Part shown: positions 23,213 through 36,200 of the stretch, piece after piece
Layout: each line of letters begins with the position of its first letter
Position numbering within the stretch: the first letter of the stretch is position 1
DNA from: Protoeuglena noctilucae
Lineage: Eukaryota
Assembly (NCBI GenBank): GCA_958009085.1
Contig: OY253690.1
Location: forward strand, 124,001 to 188,000
Reading direction: 5' to 3'
DNA length: 64,000 nucleotides
The notes under the pieces: generated by a model
Database searches by the model: none
What the model was told of the DNA's origin: nothing
Seen by the model: the letters and a program-made list of their open reading frames with translations, nothing else
Program-made: the position numbers and the translations under genes

Positions 23213-26200
23213 ATGGGGGACTCCAGGTCCCGCTCCCGCTCCCGCGACCGCTACGGCCGGTCGGATAGCAGGTGCGAGTGTATATCGTGCCGCGACGGCG
23301 CGAAGCCATCGCATCGGGTGCCGCGGCGCCGCTCACGGTCCTCAACCGGCGCTGTGGGCGTCGAAGCCCGCCCCGGCGCTTTTGAGCCACCTCCCGCCCG
23401 CGCGAGCGCCGCGTCGTCATCATAATCACCCACTGCGTCTTTTGCAGGGACCGCCGCGAGCGTCGCGACGAGGACGCGTCGCGCCATCGCGACCGGGACC
23501 GCCGCGACCGCGACCGCGATGGTCGTCGCGACCGGGAGGCGGAGAGGGGCCGGGATAGGGACAGGGACGCGCATCGTGGCCGCGACTATCTTTGGGAGAG
23601 AGACGACCGCGAGAGAGATCGCCGGTCGGACCGGGAGAGGGAGCGGGAGCGGGAGCGGGAGAGGGATCGCCGCCCCATCGGCCGCGACCCGGGGTCTGCG
23701 AGAGCCGAGGGCGGGGCGGGGACGAAGGCCGCTTTGCCGGAACGGCGGGGTGACGAGGGCCGGCGAGGGGCGGACTCGGGGGGTCCGTTGCCCCATGGCA
23801 GGTGAGGCGGGTGGGTGGGTGTTGGGCTGTGAGCAAAGCATTGTGGGTGCAGGAGCGAGGTGTCGTTTCGTGTGGCGTGGTTAAAGGCTCTATATCCCTG
23901 CGATGCGTGCAGGGGCAACGGTGCTGCTGGGAGGGAGGGGTCGCGAGACCGGGGCGGGGAGGCGGGGACGGCAGGGGCGGTGGAGAGCGAGAACGGGGAG
24001 GGGCGCAAGGAGCCCATTTCTCTGGAGGAGCTGCTGAAGGTGAGCTGGGGTGATTGGGGTGATGTGATGAGAGTTGCTGTCATTGGGGTGATGGGAGCTG
24101 CTGAAGGAGAGAAGTGGTGATGGTTGGGTAGCATGAAGTGGTTCCGGCATGGAATAGGTCGACAGGTAGTACCTGCTTTGTACGCTGGTACAAAGCAGTG
24201 CATCTGCTGAGTTTGCCTAATTCACTCACCCCTCACCTCCCCTTTCATTCCTTCCCTCTCACCCCTCCCATCACATCCCTCATCCCTCTTATCCCCCTCA
24301 CCTCCCCTTCACCTCATCGCAGCGGAAGCAGGAGGAGGCAGTCGCGGCGGCCCGGCCGGTGTTTCTGACGAAGCAGCAGCGCCAGGAACAGGCGTTGCGG
24401 GCGCTGGAGGAGAGGCGGAGGGCCCGGGAGACGGAGCTGGAGGCCATGCGGTGAGGAATAAGTATGGATGGGGAGCGATTGGTACTAATTGTGTGTGTAT
24501 GAAAGGGTGTCGGTGCGGTGGGGGACAGGAGATGGAGCTGGAGGCCATGCGGTGAGGCACTGTGCATGGGGAGCATGGGGAGAGATGGGAAGAGAGGGTG
24601 GCGATGCGGTGAGGGATTAAAGGGGAACTGCCACCATGCAGTGTTGGCATGGTCGTCCTCATGTCACTCGCAGCCACCAGCACGCGTCGGTGCTAGATGC
24701 ACTCTTGTCCTGCACTATAACTGGTACTGCCAATTCTAGTAAGATTATGACAACTGATGTCCTATTATCCACTCGCAGCCACCCGCACGTGTCGGTGCTG
24801 GACGCCGAGATGCACAATCCCTTGTACTTCACAAGCATTGATAGCAAGACTAACATGTCCATTATTTGATATCTTTGCCTGCAGCCACCAGCACGCGTCG
24901 GTGCTGGACGCCGAGTTGCAGGAGGCCCGTCAGCGCGAGGCGCGTCTTCAGGAGGCCCAGGCATTGAGGGACCCCAGGGAGAGGGAGAAGCTACTGCAGA
25001 ACATACGGAGGACGTACCTGGGGGGAGGGCCGGTCAAGAAACGCAAGGCGAGTGATAAGCATGGGTGGTGAAATATGATGAATGATGCGGGTGTGATGGT
25101 GTGTAACAAAGGGGAGGGCCTGTCAAGAAACGCGAGTGCTATGAGGGGGGTGTTATGGGTGATGAGGGTAGGTTGGTATCTTGTACCTGGGGGGGATGGC
25201 CGGCCGAGAAACGGAAGGCGAGTGTAGATGGGGATGTGTTGTGAGAGGGTGGTGAGGGTGTGTTGGTAGTGAGGGTGTAGGCGCAAAGCTGTATGTGACT
25301 CCAACTCCACTCCCCTCATCCATGGCCCTCATCTTCACTCCTCCCTCTGCAGGTCACGGCGGGCCCCGAGCGCGACCGATTCAAATTCGAATGGGGAGCG
25401 GAGGAGGACACTCTCCGCGAGGCCAATCCTTTGTTGTCGCACGCCATAAACGGCGTGGGTGACGCTCCGCTGTTGTTCGGTCGCGGGACGAGGGGTGGGG
25501 TGGACCGGGAGCTGCAGATGAGGGAGAACGTGGCGAAATCAGCGGAGGCGAGTGGTGGATGAGAATGTATACGGTGATAGTAGTTATAGTAAATATAGTA
25601 ATATAGTGATAGTAATACAGTGATAGTGACCGGGAGCTGCAGATGAGTCAATGAGTGGTGATGGTGGATGCAGTGACGGTAATAGTTATAGTGACGGTGA
25701 CATTAAGAGAGCGTCCCTTCGTTCTCCCCAGACCCTCAAGCGTTATCGCACGGAGGAGGAGATCAAGTCATTGGCGGAGATCGGGAGCAAGGACCACTGG
25801 TGAGAGCCAATTATAGGCGATGGATAATATATAGATGATTTATACATATACACATATATACATATGGTGAGGGTGGGGGAGATCAAGACGCTGGCGGAGA
25901 TCGGGAGCAAGGACCACTGGTGAGAGGTGGATGTAATTTATGTATCGCGATGTCATTACGGGTATCGGTATTTTCGTCGTCATCTTCATCCTCACATCAT
26001 TTCGACAATTTAACATGATATTAATATTATTATAATAGTTTTTTGATAAAATGATAATATTATGATAAAATATATTATGGGTATTTGTGGTGTTGCAGGG
26101 ACAAGCGCGAGAAGGGCAGCCTGGCCAAGATCAAGCATTGGTCGGAGAAGAAACTCGAGGACATGGACCAGAGGGACTGGAGGATCTTCTTCGAGGACTT

Positions 26201-29200
26201 CTCCATCTCGTACAAGGCGAGTGTCATGTGCTATGGATTGACTGTTTGCTTTCAGTCATGCCACCCAACCCCTTGGCACTCCACTCTCCACCACACCCCA
26301 CCCAGCCCACCCAACACCCCACGCCCTCACACCCCCCCACACCCTCACCCTCACCCCACACATCCCCCCACACCTTCCCCCCCCCCAGGGCTCCCACGCC
26401 GACAAGCCCCTGCGTTTCTGGCACGAGATGCGCGTGCCCAAGGCAGTCCTCAAAGCCATCGACCGATTGGGCTGGAAGGACCCCTCCCCCATCCAGCGCG
26501 CCGCCATACCCCTCGGCCTATCCATGCGCGACGTGATCGGTATTGCCGAAACGGGTTCTGGCAAGACGTGCGCGTTCGTGGTCCCCATGATTGCGTTCAT
26601 CGCCAAGCTGCCCAAGATGACCGACGAGGTCGCGGCCAATGGGCCGTACGCCATCATCATGGCGCCGACGCGGTGAGGGATGATTGGTGGTGGGTGATGG
26701 TTGTATTTATAAGTGAGAATGGGTGGTGGGGTGGTGATGAGTGGTGTGGGTGAGGGTGACGGTGATGAGTCAGGGTGGGTGATGGATGGCAGTCACCCTA
26801 ACTGCTAAACAGTGAGCTGGCCCATCAGTTGTGATAGGCTCTCTTAGTATAAGCTAATCATAACTTCCCCCCTCTATCTCCCCCTCAGTAAGCTGGCCCA
26901 GCAGATATCAAATATAGATAGTGAGTAGCCTCTACTTAAATTACCCAATCCTCTGTTCTTCCCAGTGAGCTGGCCCAGCAGATTGAGGAGGAGACGCGCA
27001 AGCTGATGCACTACTCCGAGTACCGATGTCTGTCGGTGGTGGGGGGGGAGTCCCTGGACGTGCAGGCGTCCGCGCTGAGGAGGGGGGCGGGTGAGCGGTG
27101 ATGTCAAAGACCACAGCATTGAGATGGCACAACACGTGTCTGTGTGGGTGTGTAGGTGTGTGTGCGTGTGGGTGGGTGAGTGTGTGGGTGTGTGTGTGCG
27201 TGTGGGTGGGTTAGTGTGTGTGTTTGGGTGGGTGGGTGGTGATTGGCAGATGGGCAGGCGTCCGCGCTGAGGAGGGGGGCAGGTGAGCGGTGGGTGGGTG
27301 TTGGTGGGTGCAGGTGGTGGGTCACAGACTGTAAAATGCAGGGATTTGCGCAGTGCTAAAAAGCGTAGACACCTCTCCTAGTATCGTCTTACCAATTACC
27401 ATCTACTTAAATCCCATCCGCAGAGGTGGTGATTGCCACGCCCGGCCGCGTGTGTGACCACATCGAGCGGCAGTACCTGGTGCTGAGTCAGTGCAACTAC
27501 ATTGTGCTGGATGAGGCGGATCGGATGATCGACCTGGGATTGGAGCTGCAGGCGAGATGATGGGGTGGGGTGGTGCGGGCGGGTAGGGATGGTGTGGAGT
27601 GGTGAGGGGTGATGTGGTGCAGGTGAGGTGAGCTAAAACAGTCTATGTTGTTTTTGTCACTATTGCTAATAGTAAGATTCTTTGTGCGCCCCTGAGGCAA
27701 TCGCAGGTCAACCAGGTGATGGACGCGATGCCCAAGGGAAAGCTGAAGCCCGAGGCAGAAAATGCCGAGCTGGACCCCACGGCCATCTACCGCATCACCT
27801 ACATGTTCAGGTGAGATTGACAATAGAGCATGTGCCAAGTCACCTACATGTTCAGGTGAGATGATGGGATGTTTAGATGGGGTGGACGGGGCATCTGCCG
27901 AAGAGTACGCTTGACTTGCACCCACAACGACGGATAAAAACACTTACTTCCGCACCCGGAGACACACACCCACACCCACACCCACACCCACACCTACACC
28001 CACCCATACACACTGTCTGCTCTCTCCCCTCAGTGCCACGATGCCCCCCACGGTGGAGCGCATCGCCAAGAAGTACATGCAAACACACACATACACATCA
28101 CAAAAGAAAGATATAGATACACCAACTCTCTCTCTTTTCCTGTTCTTTCAGTGCCACGATGCCCCCCACCGTGGAGCGCATCGCGAAAAAGTACATGCGC
28201 AATCCGGTGGTGGTGACGATCGGGGTTGCGGGCGACGCAGGGGCCAACATCACGCAGCGCATCGTCATGGTCAGCCCAAGCGAGAAGGACCCCACGCTGT
28301 TCCGGTGAGTGAAGCATAGAGTATGGTAAATGTTTTATCATCTGTGTTCGTGAGAGGGACGTTACGCTGCGCCAGTGAGAATGGTGCTTACTATGCGGTC
28401 GCAAGATACGACATTGTACTCAACACGTTGCAACTCGACCATTTCCCCTCATCGCCCCCTTTGCATCCTTGTCCTCTTCCTTAGGTTCCTGCGAGAGCTT
28501 CTTGCAGACACGGCAGACAACAACTAGGTCCTTGTCATTGTTATTGTCGTTGTGTGTAATAGTAATTAGTAACTATACTTGTGCATCTCCTCTCCCCCAG
28601 GTTCCTGCAAGAGTTCTGGAACACGGCGGACGACAAGAAGGTCATTGTGTTTGCCAACACCAAGGCCACCTGCGACATCGTGCAGAGGTCGCTCGAGAGG
28701 CAGGGATACTCGGTGTCGGTGCTGCACTCGGGGAAGGCGAGTGGGGTTATGGCAATATCAATGGTGATAATGTCATTGTTAATGATGTTATATTATCACT
28801 GTGATTGTCAATACCTATAAGATGGCGCTCGAGAGGCAGGAGTACTCGGTGTCCGTGCTGCACTCGGGCAAGGCGAGTGGTTATATATGATCGATGTCAG
28901 TGTTATTATATGTCATTGTATGTCAATATGAATACCCATCTCATAATATGGCGTGGGAGAGGCAGGGGTACTCGGTGCCGGTGCTGCACTCGGGGAAGGC
29001 GAGTGGTAAGTGTTCGCGGCAATGCCTGTGTGTGTAATTGGCAATGCCCACCACCCTCTGCCTTGTGTCTCGTGTCACCCCATCCCACTCCCTGCCTCTG
29101 GTCAGCATCCATGTCCCACTCTCTGTTCCCCACCACCCCTATGCAGACCCAGGAGGCCCGCGAGCACGCCATCCGCTCCTTCCGGGAGGGCGCCAACAAC

Positions 29201-30292
29201 GTGCTATTGGCCACGGACATCGCCGGGCGGGGCATCGACGTGCCGGACGTGTCGCTGGTCGTCAACTACGAGATGCCGCAGAAGGTGAGGGGGAATCGAT
29301 AAACAGTTATCTGATAATAATGGATGATGCCGCAGAAGGTGAGGGTGGATGAGATGCTGGTGATGGACTCGCAATTGAGTAGGAGAAGCCGCAGAAATTG
29401 GCAGTGTGGCGGCAGTCATACACGCGCCCCGTGGTGCCATTGCCAGCACCCTGACGGGACTTCCCCAATGCCCTGCCATGCATTAAGTGATTGCGTGCTG
29501 CCGTCACCATGCACCCCACGCCCCTCTGCCCCCCCATGCCCCTCCCCCACCCTGCGTACTCTTGACTGCCTGCCGCCGTCAGGCACCCCACGCCCCTCTG
29601 CTCACCCCCTCTGCCCACCCCAACCACCCCACGCCCCTCTGCCAACCCCAAGCATCCCACGCCCCTCTGCCAACTCCAAGCACCCCACGCTCCTCTGCTC
29701 ACCCCACCCCGTGCGCAGATCGAGCCATACACACACCGCATCGGGCGCACGGGACGCGCGGGCAAGAAGGGGACGGCCGTGTCCCTGGTCACTGCGGGGG
29801 ACTCTGTCATCTTCTACGACCTCAAGAAGCTGCTGGAGGTGAGGGGTAGCATGCATGGTGTGAGGTCATCTAATGTGACCTGAGGAGGCTGCTGGAGGGG
29901 TGAGGGGGCGTGAAGGAGCATGCATGGTGCGAGGGCTGTGGTGCTTGGGTAGTGGCTGCGACCTCGTGAGAGGCGCAGGGTGGGTGGGTGGAGGTGCAGG
30001 GTAGGGTGGGTGCGGGCATGCAGTGCGTGTGTTGTGCGCGATGCATTGTGCAGCAACATGCAGCTCTCCGCACTCCCCCGCACACATGCGCTGAGCGGGA
30101 CCTGGCATGGTCGACCTGTGCTCGTTTTTAAATGTGGCACAAGTACTGCGCCCCTGGATATCGAGGGGTGTGTGTTGTCGTGATCGGCTTGCATACCTGT
30201 GCTGTCCATGTGCACCGCAGAAGGCCAAGCAGCACATCCTACCCGAGCTCGCACGCCACGAGGCGGCACAGAGGCCAGGCGGGGGCATGTGA
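23213..30292 (+). CDS. PRP28: DEAD-box RNA helicase PRP28/DDX23 (U5-100K), ~17 exons
   Basis: RS/RD-rich N-terminus, [92 protein letters not shown] and [13 protein letters not shown]. Confidence 0.95.
29511..29705 (+). repeat. Intronic minisatellite, ~5 copies of CACCCCACGCCCCTCTGC with variable spacers
   Basis: Copies at ~29512, 29584, 29625, 29653 and 29681 inside a PRP28 intron. Confidence 0.8.
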
Positions 30293-30718
30293 GGGGCGCG
30301 GGAGTGAGGGCCAGAGAGGGCCATGCGGAGAAGCACACGAGGCCCAGGCAGCGATGCGCAGAGCGCACGTGCCGATGGCATGCCGCATGGAGCCGGAGAC
30401 AGCGCCGGGAGAGCCCGCGGGGCTCGCGAGGAGCGTGGGCAAGGACCGACCGAGGAGCACGGGGGAGAGGAGCTATGCACAATGCTGCGGCAGGTGCCCC
30501 TCCGGGTGTCATGTAGGATGCACGACGAAATGTAGAAAGCGCAGCCACGCAACGACACGGCTCCGCGGGCCGGCTAGGGCGGTGCTGGCTGTGGGGCGGC
30601 CTTGTGACATCGCTCCTCGTCCGTAGCGCTCCATGTCGATGGCTGAGTCGCGTGTGAAGTGCATGTGTACCTCGGCGGTCTTCTGGGCTGACCCGTGCGG
30701 AGCATCGGCGCAAGCATT

Positions 30719-31093
30719 GGCGCAGCCAGCCACAGCACGCAAGCCGGGGTCTCCCCTGCCAGGCTGGCAGGTGGGCTTCGACGGTGGGGCCCGAGACCGG
30801 CGCAGGGCACTTCGCGCCAACAGCCGAGCAAGTGCGAGAGTGAGGTGCGAGCCGCGAGCGTGCGATCGGACAGGGAAGCGCTGGTTAGAACTCACATCAG
30901 CCAGCCTGCGGTCCGGTGGGCGTCTGCGCCGCGTGCGAGGCCGGTCTCTGCTGCAGGTGAGGGGAGAGGTGGTTGCGGAGAAGGACACTGCGGGCGTCGG
31001 GGCTTCAGGCGCGGCGCCTGCGGGTGCTGAAAGGACCGTGCACTCGGGCAGGGTGGACGGCGCGCGGGGCCCGTGTCCGCCGGTCGGCGTGCG
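30719..31093 (+). repeat. Upstream non-coding segment shared by F-box-ANK copies B and D (inverted homologue at ~61263-61657)
   Basis: The stretch ggcgcagccagccacagcacgcaagc...ccctgccaggctggcagg.gggcttcgacggtgggg...gggcacttcgcgccaacagccgagca matches the reverse complement of 61520-61657. Confidence 0.85.
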
Positions 31094-32612
31094 ATGGCGG
31101 GCGGACGTAAGGCTAAGCGGTCGTCGGCGACCAAGAGCGCGGCTCCGCAAGTCGGTGAGGCGCGCAGAGGAAGGGCTTTGCTTGTTTGAGCAGCGGTTGC
31201 CTCGTTGCAGCATCCGGCCAAGTCTGTTGGCTCGCGCAGGGTGGGGCGACCTGCCCGGGGAGCTGCATCGCGAGATCCTGCGGCTGGTGCCCCTGTGCGA
31301 CGCCACGGCGGCGCGGGGGGTGTCGCGGGAGATGCGCGACGAGGTGGACGATGTGTGGGGGGCGTGGGGCATCCGGGCCACGGTGGAGGACGAGCGGCGT
31401 AAACTTCGCCAGGCCCTTGATCAAGATCCGTTTGAGGTCGGCTTCGGTCCGCTGCTGGTGTTGGCGTTCGAGGGATCCCACGCGCACCACCTGGCGAGCC
31501 TGGGGCTGTGGTGGCTGGCCCTGCTGGTGGCGGAGGGGCCGGACATTAACGGTATCTCATGGCAGAAGTTTGAGGGGTATCCGAGCCAGTCCCCGCTTAT
31601 GGTGGCGGTGCGGGCGTGGCGGCCGGTGGGGCGCGGGGCGGATGGGAAGGTGGAGTGGGCGTATGCGCTGGGGGACGAGGAGGTGGCGCGGGCGGTGCGG
31701 GCGGCGGTGGCGATGGGGGCGGACGTCAATCGGCGGCTTTTCCAAGCCTGGCCGCTGATGACGTATTGTGCGTGGAGGGGGTGCGCAGAGGCGGTCAAGG
31801 CGTGCCTGGCAGCGGGGGCGGAGGTGGACGCGCCTGGTGGCGATATCGATGGCTGGGAGACGGCGCTGGTGCACGCGGGACGGGAAGGTCACGAGGCGGT
31901 GGTGGAGGCGCTGCTGGAGGCCGGGGCGTCGGCCGAGGTTGGGGAAGATGACGAGGATGAGACGTTGCCAGCGGTGTGTGACGGTCATCCGACGCCGGGC
32001 ATCGTGCGGCGGCTGGTGGAAGCGGGGGCGGACGTCAACGCTCGTTGTTACGGTCATCCGGCCCTCAATAATGCCGCAAAGTTTGGCAATATGGCGGTGA
32101 TGGAGGCGCTGGTGGAGCTTGGAGCCGACGTGGATGGCACCGACGTACTGGGGCGGACTGCGATGCACTGGGCAGCGAGTGGGGAGGTGGTGCGGTGGCT
32201 GGTGGCGCTGGGGTTGAGCGTCCAGGGCGATGGGGGCTACGAGTCCCCACTTTACAGGGCTTGCTACGATGGTCGGGTCGATGCCGTCCGCACCCTGATC
32301 GAGCTGGGTGCGGACGTCGACGTCAACTGCCCGAGCATGCATGGCAGTGCTCCCATTAATGTTGCGGTGGGCTTCGCAACGAAGCAAGTTGCCGTGGAGA
32401 TGACGCGGCTGCTGCTGGCGGCGGGGGCTGACGCCAACGCTGCTGATAAGCACGGATACGCGCCCCTCGATAACGCCACCCACAAGGCATGCAGGGCCCT
32501 GCTGATTGACGCTGGGGCGCGCCCGAGGACGAGGGGCCAAGACATCGACAGTGACGTGTCGATCCCTAGCTACGGATCGTCCTTCAGCGAGGGCCCCTGG
32601 GGGTGGTTCTAG
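31094..32612 (+). CDS. F-box-like + ankyrin repeat protein, copy B (apparently intact)
   Basis: Exon 1 is 31094-31154 (MAGGRKAKRSSATKSAAPQVG), intron 31155-31239, and exon 2 is open to TAG 32612. It carries the F-box motif WGDLPGELHREILRLVPL and ankyrin repeats. Confidence 0.85.
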
Positions 32613-33242
32613 CGAGCTAGCAGACGGAGGAGGGCTGCTGGAGGGCCGCGGGCGATAGTAGCAAGAGATAGGTCTGCGACCTTGGGCTCTGTTGAATGGC
32701 AGTCAGTGAGTCATGCTTAGTTGTGGTGGTACCATGGGGTAGCGTCGTTTGCATGTGGCTCAGGCAAGGCAGTGTGGGGTTGGATGGTTGACTGGGCGAT
32801 GCGTCTGTGCTAGGAGGGCGTGGGACATGAGCGAGCGGTGGGCGTGACTGCTGATGCCTTTGAAATGCAATGCAGCTTTCCATAGAACGCCACCAGCGTG
32901 TGAATAGGCCATGCCATCATCTTCGGCCTTGCGCCCGGGCAGCAGGGCAGAGGGTTTTCAATCATTGTCTGCACGCGCACAGTTGACGCAACAACACGTG
33001 CACGAACCCATCTGCATCTTCAAAGCATGACAGCGGCCCGCGGTGGGCCGCATCATGATAGCCGTGCGGTGGGTCTAGGGTCGCAGCACGTCACAACGAC
33101 AGCATGCCGTCAGCACAGGAGCGTGGCGCGGCACCGGGCCCCGCAAACTCGCTATCGCTGCGCGTCTTCCTTGCACATCATTTCTTCAGCGCAGCGCGTC
33201 TTCTTTGCACACCAGTGCACATCAGCTCCTTATCGCTGTGCG

Positions 33243-36200
33243 TCACTCCTGGTCCAGCACAGCCCGCAGCGACGTGAGGAATCCGCGGTTGGCCAGCAGC
33301 ACCACCACGGCCTCCACCCACGCCCTCTTGTCCTCCTCACTTGGGAAGCCCAGCCGATGCTCCTTGGCCCCCTTGGCACGCACCACCAGGGAGTGGGGGA
33401 GCTCGTCAGCCGCACCACCGCTGGCCTGAGGAGAGAGGAAGTGAGAGACGTCAGTTCAGTGACTGACTGACCAGGAAGGGCGGGGCGGGATCTCTGCACA
33501 GGGATTGATGTCAAGAGGGGGAGGTATGTGTTTGTAGATGGGACAGGAGGGGTCATTGAGAGGGGAGAGCAGAGTCAGCAGCGTAACATGGTCGCGGCGC
33601 CTCTAAAACGCAACCCATGGCCCATGCACCTCCCCACCTCGCACCCTCCACCCCTCACCTGCAATCCATACCCCATACCCCTACCCACCTCACGCCACCC
33701 ACCCACCCCTCACCTGTGATCGGTCGGAGGGCGTGGGGTGCCTGGCAGCCTTCATTGGCAAGTCCTCGACTTCGGTGATGTCCACCACTCGTATGAAGGA
33801 GCTCAGCTTGGCGCCGGGGGCCTTGAAGGAGAGGCGGGAGAGGTCCCGGGAGACCTGGAGAAGCACGGGCTGGGGCGACAGGGGCTTGGGCTTGGACTGC
33901 GGGGGTTGGGAGGGGTGGCAGGGGTTGTGATAGGGAGATGAGATATGGAGACAATGCCTTGGGCTTGGACTGCGAGGGGTGGGGGGGATACAGCAGTGAT
34001 GGGGTACAGAGAGGTTTGGACTGCAGGGGTGGCCCTTTCAACTATACACCACACTGCCGGCCCTTCAGCCACCCCTGTCCCTCCCAGCTCGCCCCAGCTC
34101 GCTTCCGCCACAGCCACGTCCCACCACACCACCCCGTGTCCCTCCCCTGTCCCTCTCAACCCACCCCGGCTTACTCTCACAACAGCCACCTCCCATCACA
34201 CCACCCCCCGTCCCTACCCCATCCCTCTCAGCTCACCCCGGGTGCCTGGAACCCCGGCTTGGCCCCCGCCCCCTCCACCACCGTGGCGCTCGTGCCCGCG
34301 ATGCACCGCGCCATCACGGCCCTCACGCGCGCCACATCATTGTCAGGAATGAGGACCCCGGCCATCGTGCCGCGACTGGGCACTCGCACCACCTCGCCAC
34401 GCCCGCTGGCAGCCGCGGTGGCGCTGCCACCGACACCGTTTGCGGTGGGGTTGACACCGGCACTGGAACTGGCGCCGTCCTTGCGACGCGTCAAGCTCCG
34501 GGTGGCGACGAGGGCGGGGCCGGCGCCGTCGGAGCGGAGGGAGGGCTGCTTGAGGAGGGAGGGGGCGTCGGGGGGGGTGCTGGGGGTGGGGCAGGAGATG
34601 GCGGCAGTGAGGGTGGTGGGTCGTGGGGATGGGTGGGTCGAGTCCCGTGGAAGTGAAAGTGGCAGTCTGGCAAATTGATGGGATAGTTTGTTAAATACAA
34701 CATCAGCCGGGCCATCCTGTGTTATTGAGCAGCCATCGCGACATGTTGTCCTGACTTCTACTCACCTCTCCCCTCCACCCCTCGCCCCTCACCTGATCCC
34801 CCTCGCCCCTCACCTCTCTACCCCTGACCTCTCGCCCCTCTCCACTCTACCCCTCACCTACCCCTCGCCCCCTCACCTGATCCCCGGCAGCCCCTCGTCC
34901 CTCTCCCCCGCCAGCCCCTTGGCGGTGTAGCTGTGCTGACGGAGCAACTGGCGCTTGGCTGCCTCACTCGCCCCGCCCACGCCACCCGCCCCACCACCCA
35001 CGCCTCCCTGTCCCACCCCACCGGTCCCACCGCCCACACCGCGCGTTGGGGTGCGGGCCCGCCCCTCCCCTCCCCCACGCTGGCCCTCCTGCCCCACCCC
35101 TGCCGCACCCTTCTGAGACGGTGATTTGCTCAGCAACAACGAACCGCCATCCACGCCCTTTCCTTTCTGAGACGGCGACTTGCTCAACAGCAATGACCCT
35201 CCATCCGCACCCTTCCCATCCGCACCCTTCCCTTTCTGGGACGGCGATTTGGCCAGCGTTGCACCGGCCCCACCAGCCACCCCCCTCGGTCCCTTTTGCG
35301 ACGGCACCCGCTGCACCGCCACCCCCGCTCCCGTCCCAGCCCCCGCCGCATCCATTCTCGCTTTCTGCGACGGGACCCTCTGCACCGCCGCCCCGCCCTG
35401 GCCGCGCCCACCCGCCCCCACATCTCCTGCCGCCGCCAGACCCCGCCCACTCGCGCCCTTGCGCGGCATCGCACCCGCAGTGCCGCTTGCGACGCCACCC
35501 TGGGCGCCACTTGCGATGAAACTCGCTCCCTTGCGTGGGATGGGCCCAGCAGCTGTAGCAGTAGCACCACCACCACCCGCACCACCACCACCACCACCCG
35601 CACCCACCCCCGTGCTCCCCTTCTTGGCTCGGTTGTTCTCCTCGTGTTGCCTGGCGAGGACGGCACGGAGGTCCAGGCGCACCTGGCTGCGGACGTCGGG
35701 GCTGCGTGGGGGGAGAGAGATGAAAGTGATACTAAGCAGTGATAGTGAGCAGTGATAGTGAGCAGTGACAGGAAGCAGTGATATGAAGCATCCCACTCCC
35801 CCCTCACCTGAGCCTGGCCCTGCTTGCGGCCAGCCCCTCGGCGTGCCTGGGCGACGGCTCAGCCTCGGGATCTATGGAGCTGTCCCAATCACTGGTCTGC
35901 CCCATCGACGATTCCACACGCAATGACAGCCGGGAGTGGCTGGGAGCACCTGCGCTGAGGGCGTTGAGCGACGCGAGAGAGTCACGCAACTCATCGACAG
36001 AGGGGTTAGTAGAGGGGAGGTCCAAAGGGCGGACGGCAGGGGCACGGGGGTGGGCTGGCTTGGTAATAGTAACTGCTGTGGTTGGTGAGGCTGTGGTTGA
36101 CACGGCAGCTGGGTCAGCATTGACGGTTGCTGTTGAAGCGTGTTGTGCTGCTGATGATGGTAGCGTCTCTCTCATCGTCGATAAGAGAGCTGCCGTGGGC

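Noticed and set aside
29511..29705. Repeat-spacer-like array resembling CRISPR
   Set aside because: It lies in a eukaryotic intron, the spacers are unequal and low-complexity, the repeat is non-palindromic, and there are no cas genes. It is a minisatellite.
30633..31239. N-terminal ~200 aa of the 659-aa ORF 30633-32612
   Set aside because: Read-through of GC-rich upstream and intron DNA. The paralogues support a start at 31094 and an intron at 31155-31239.
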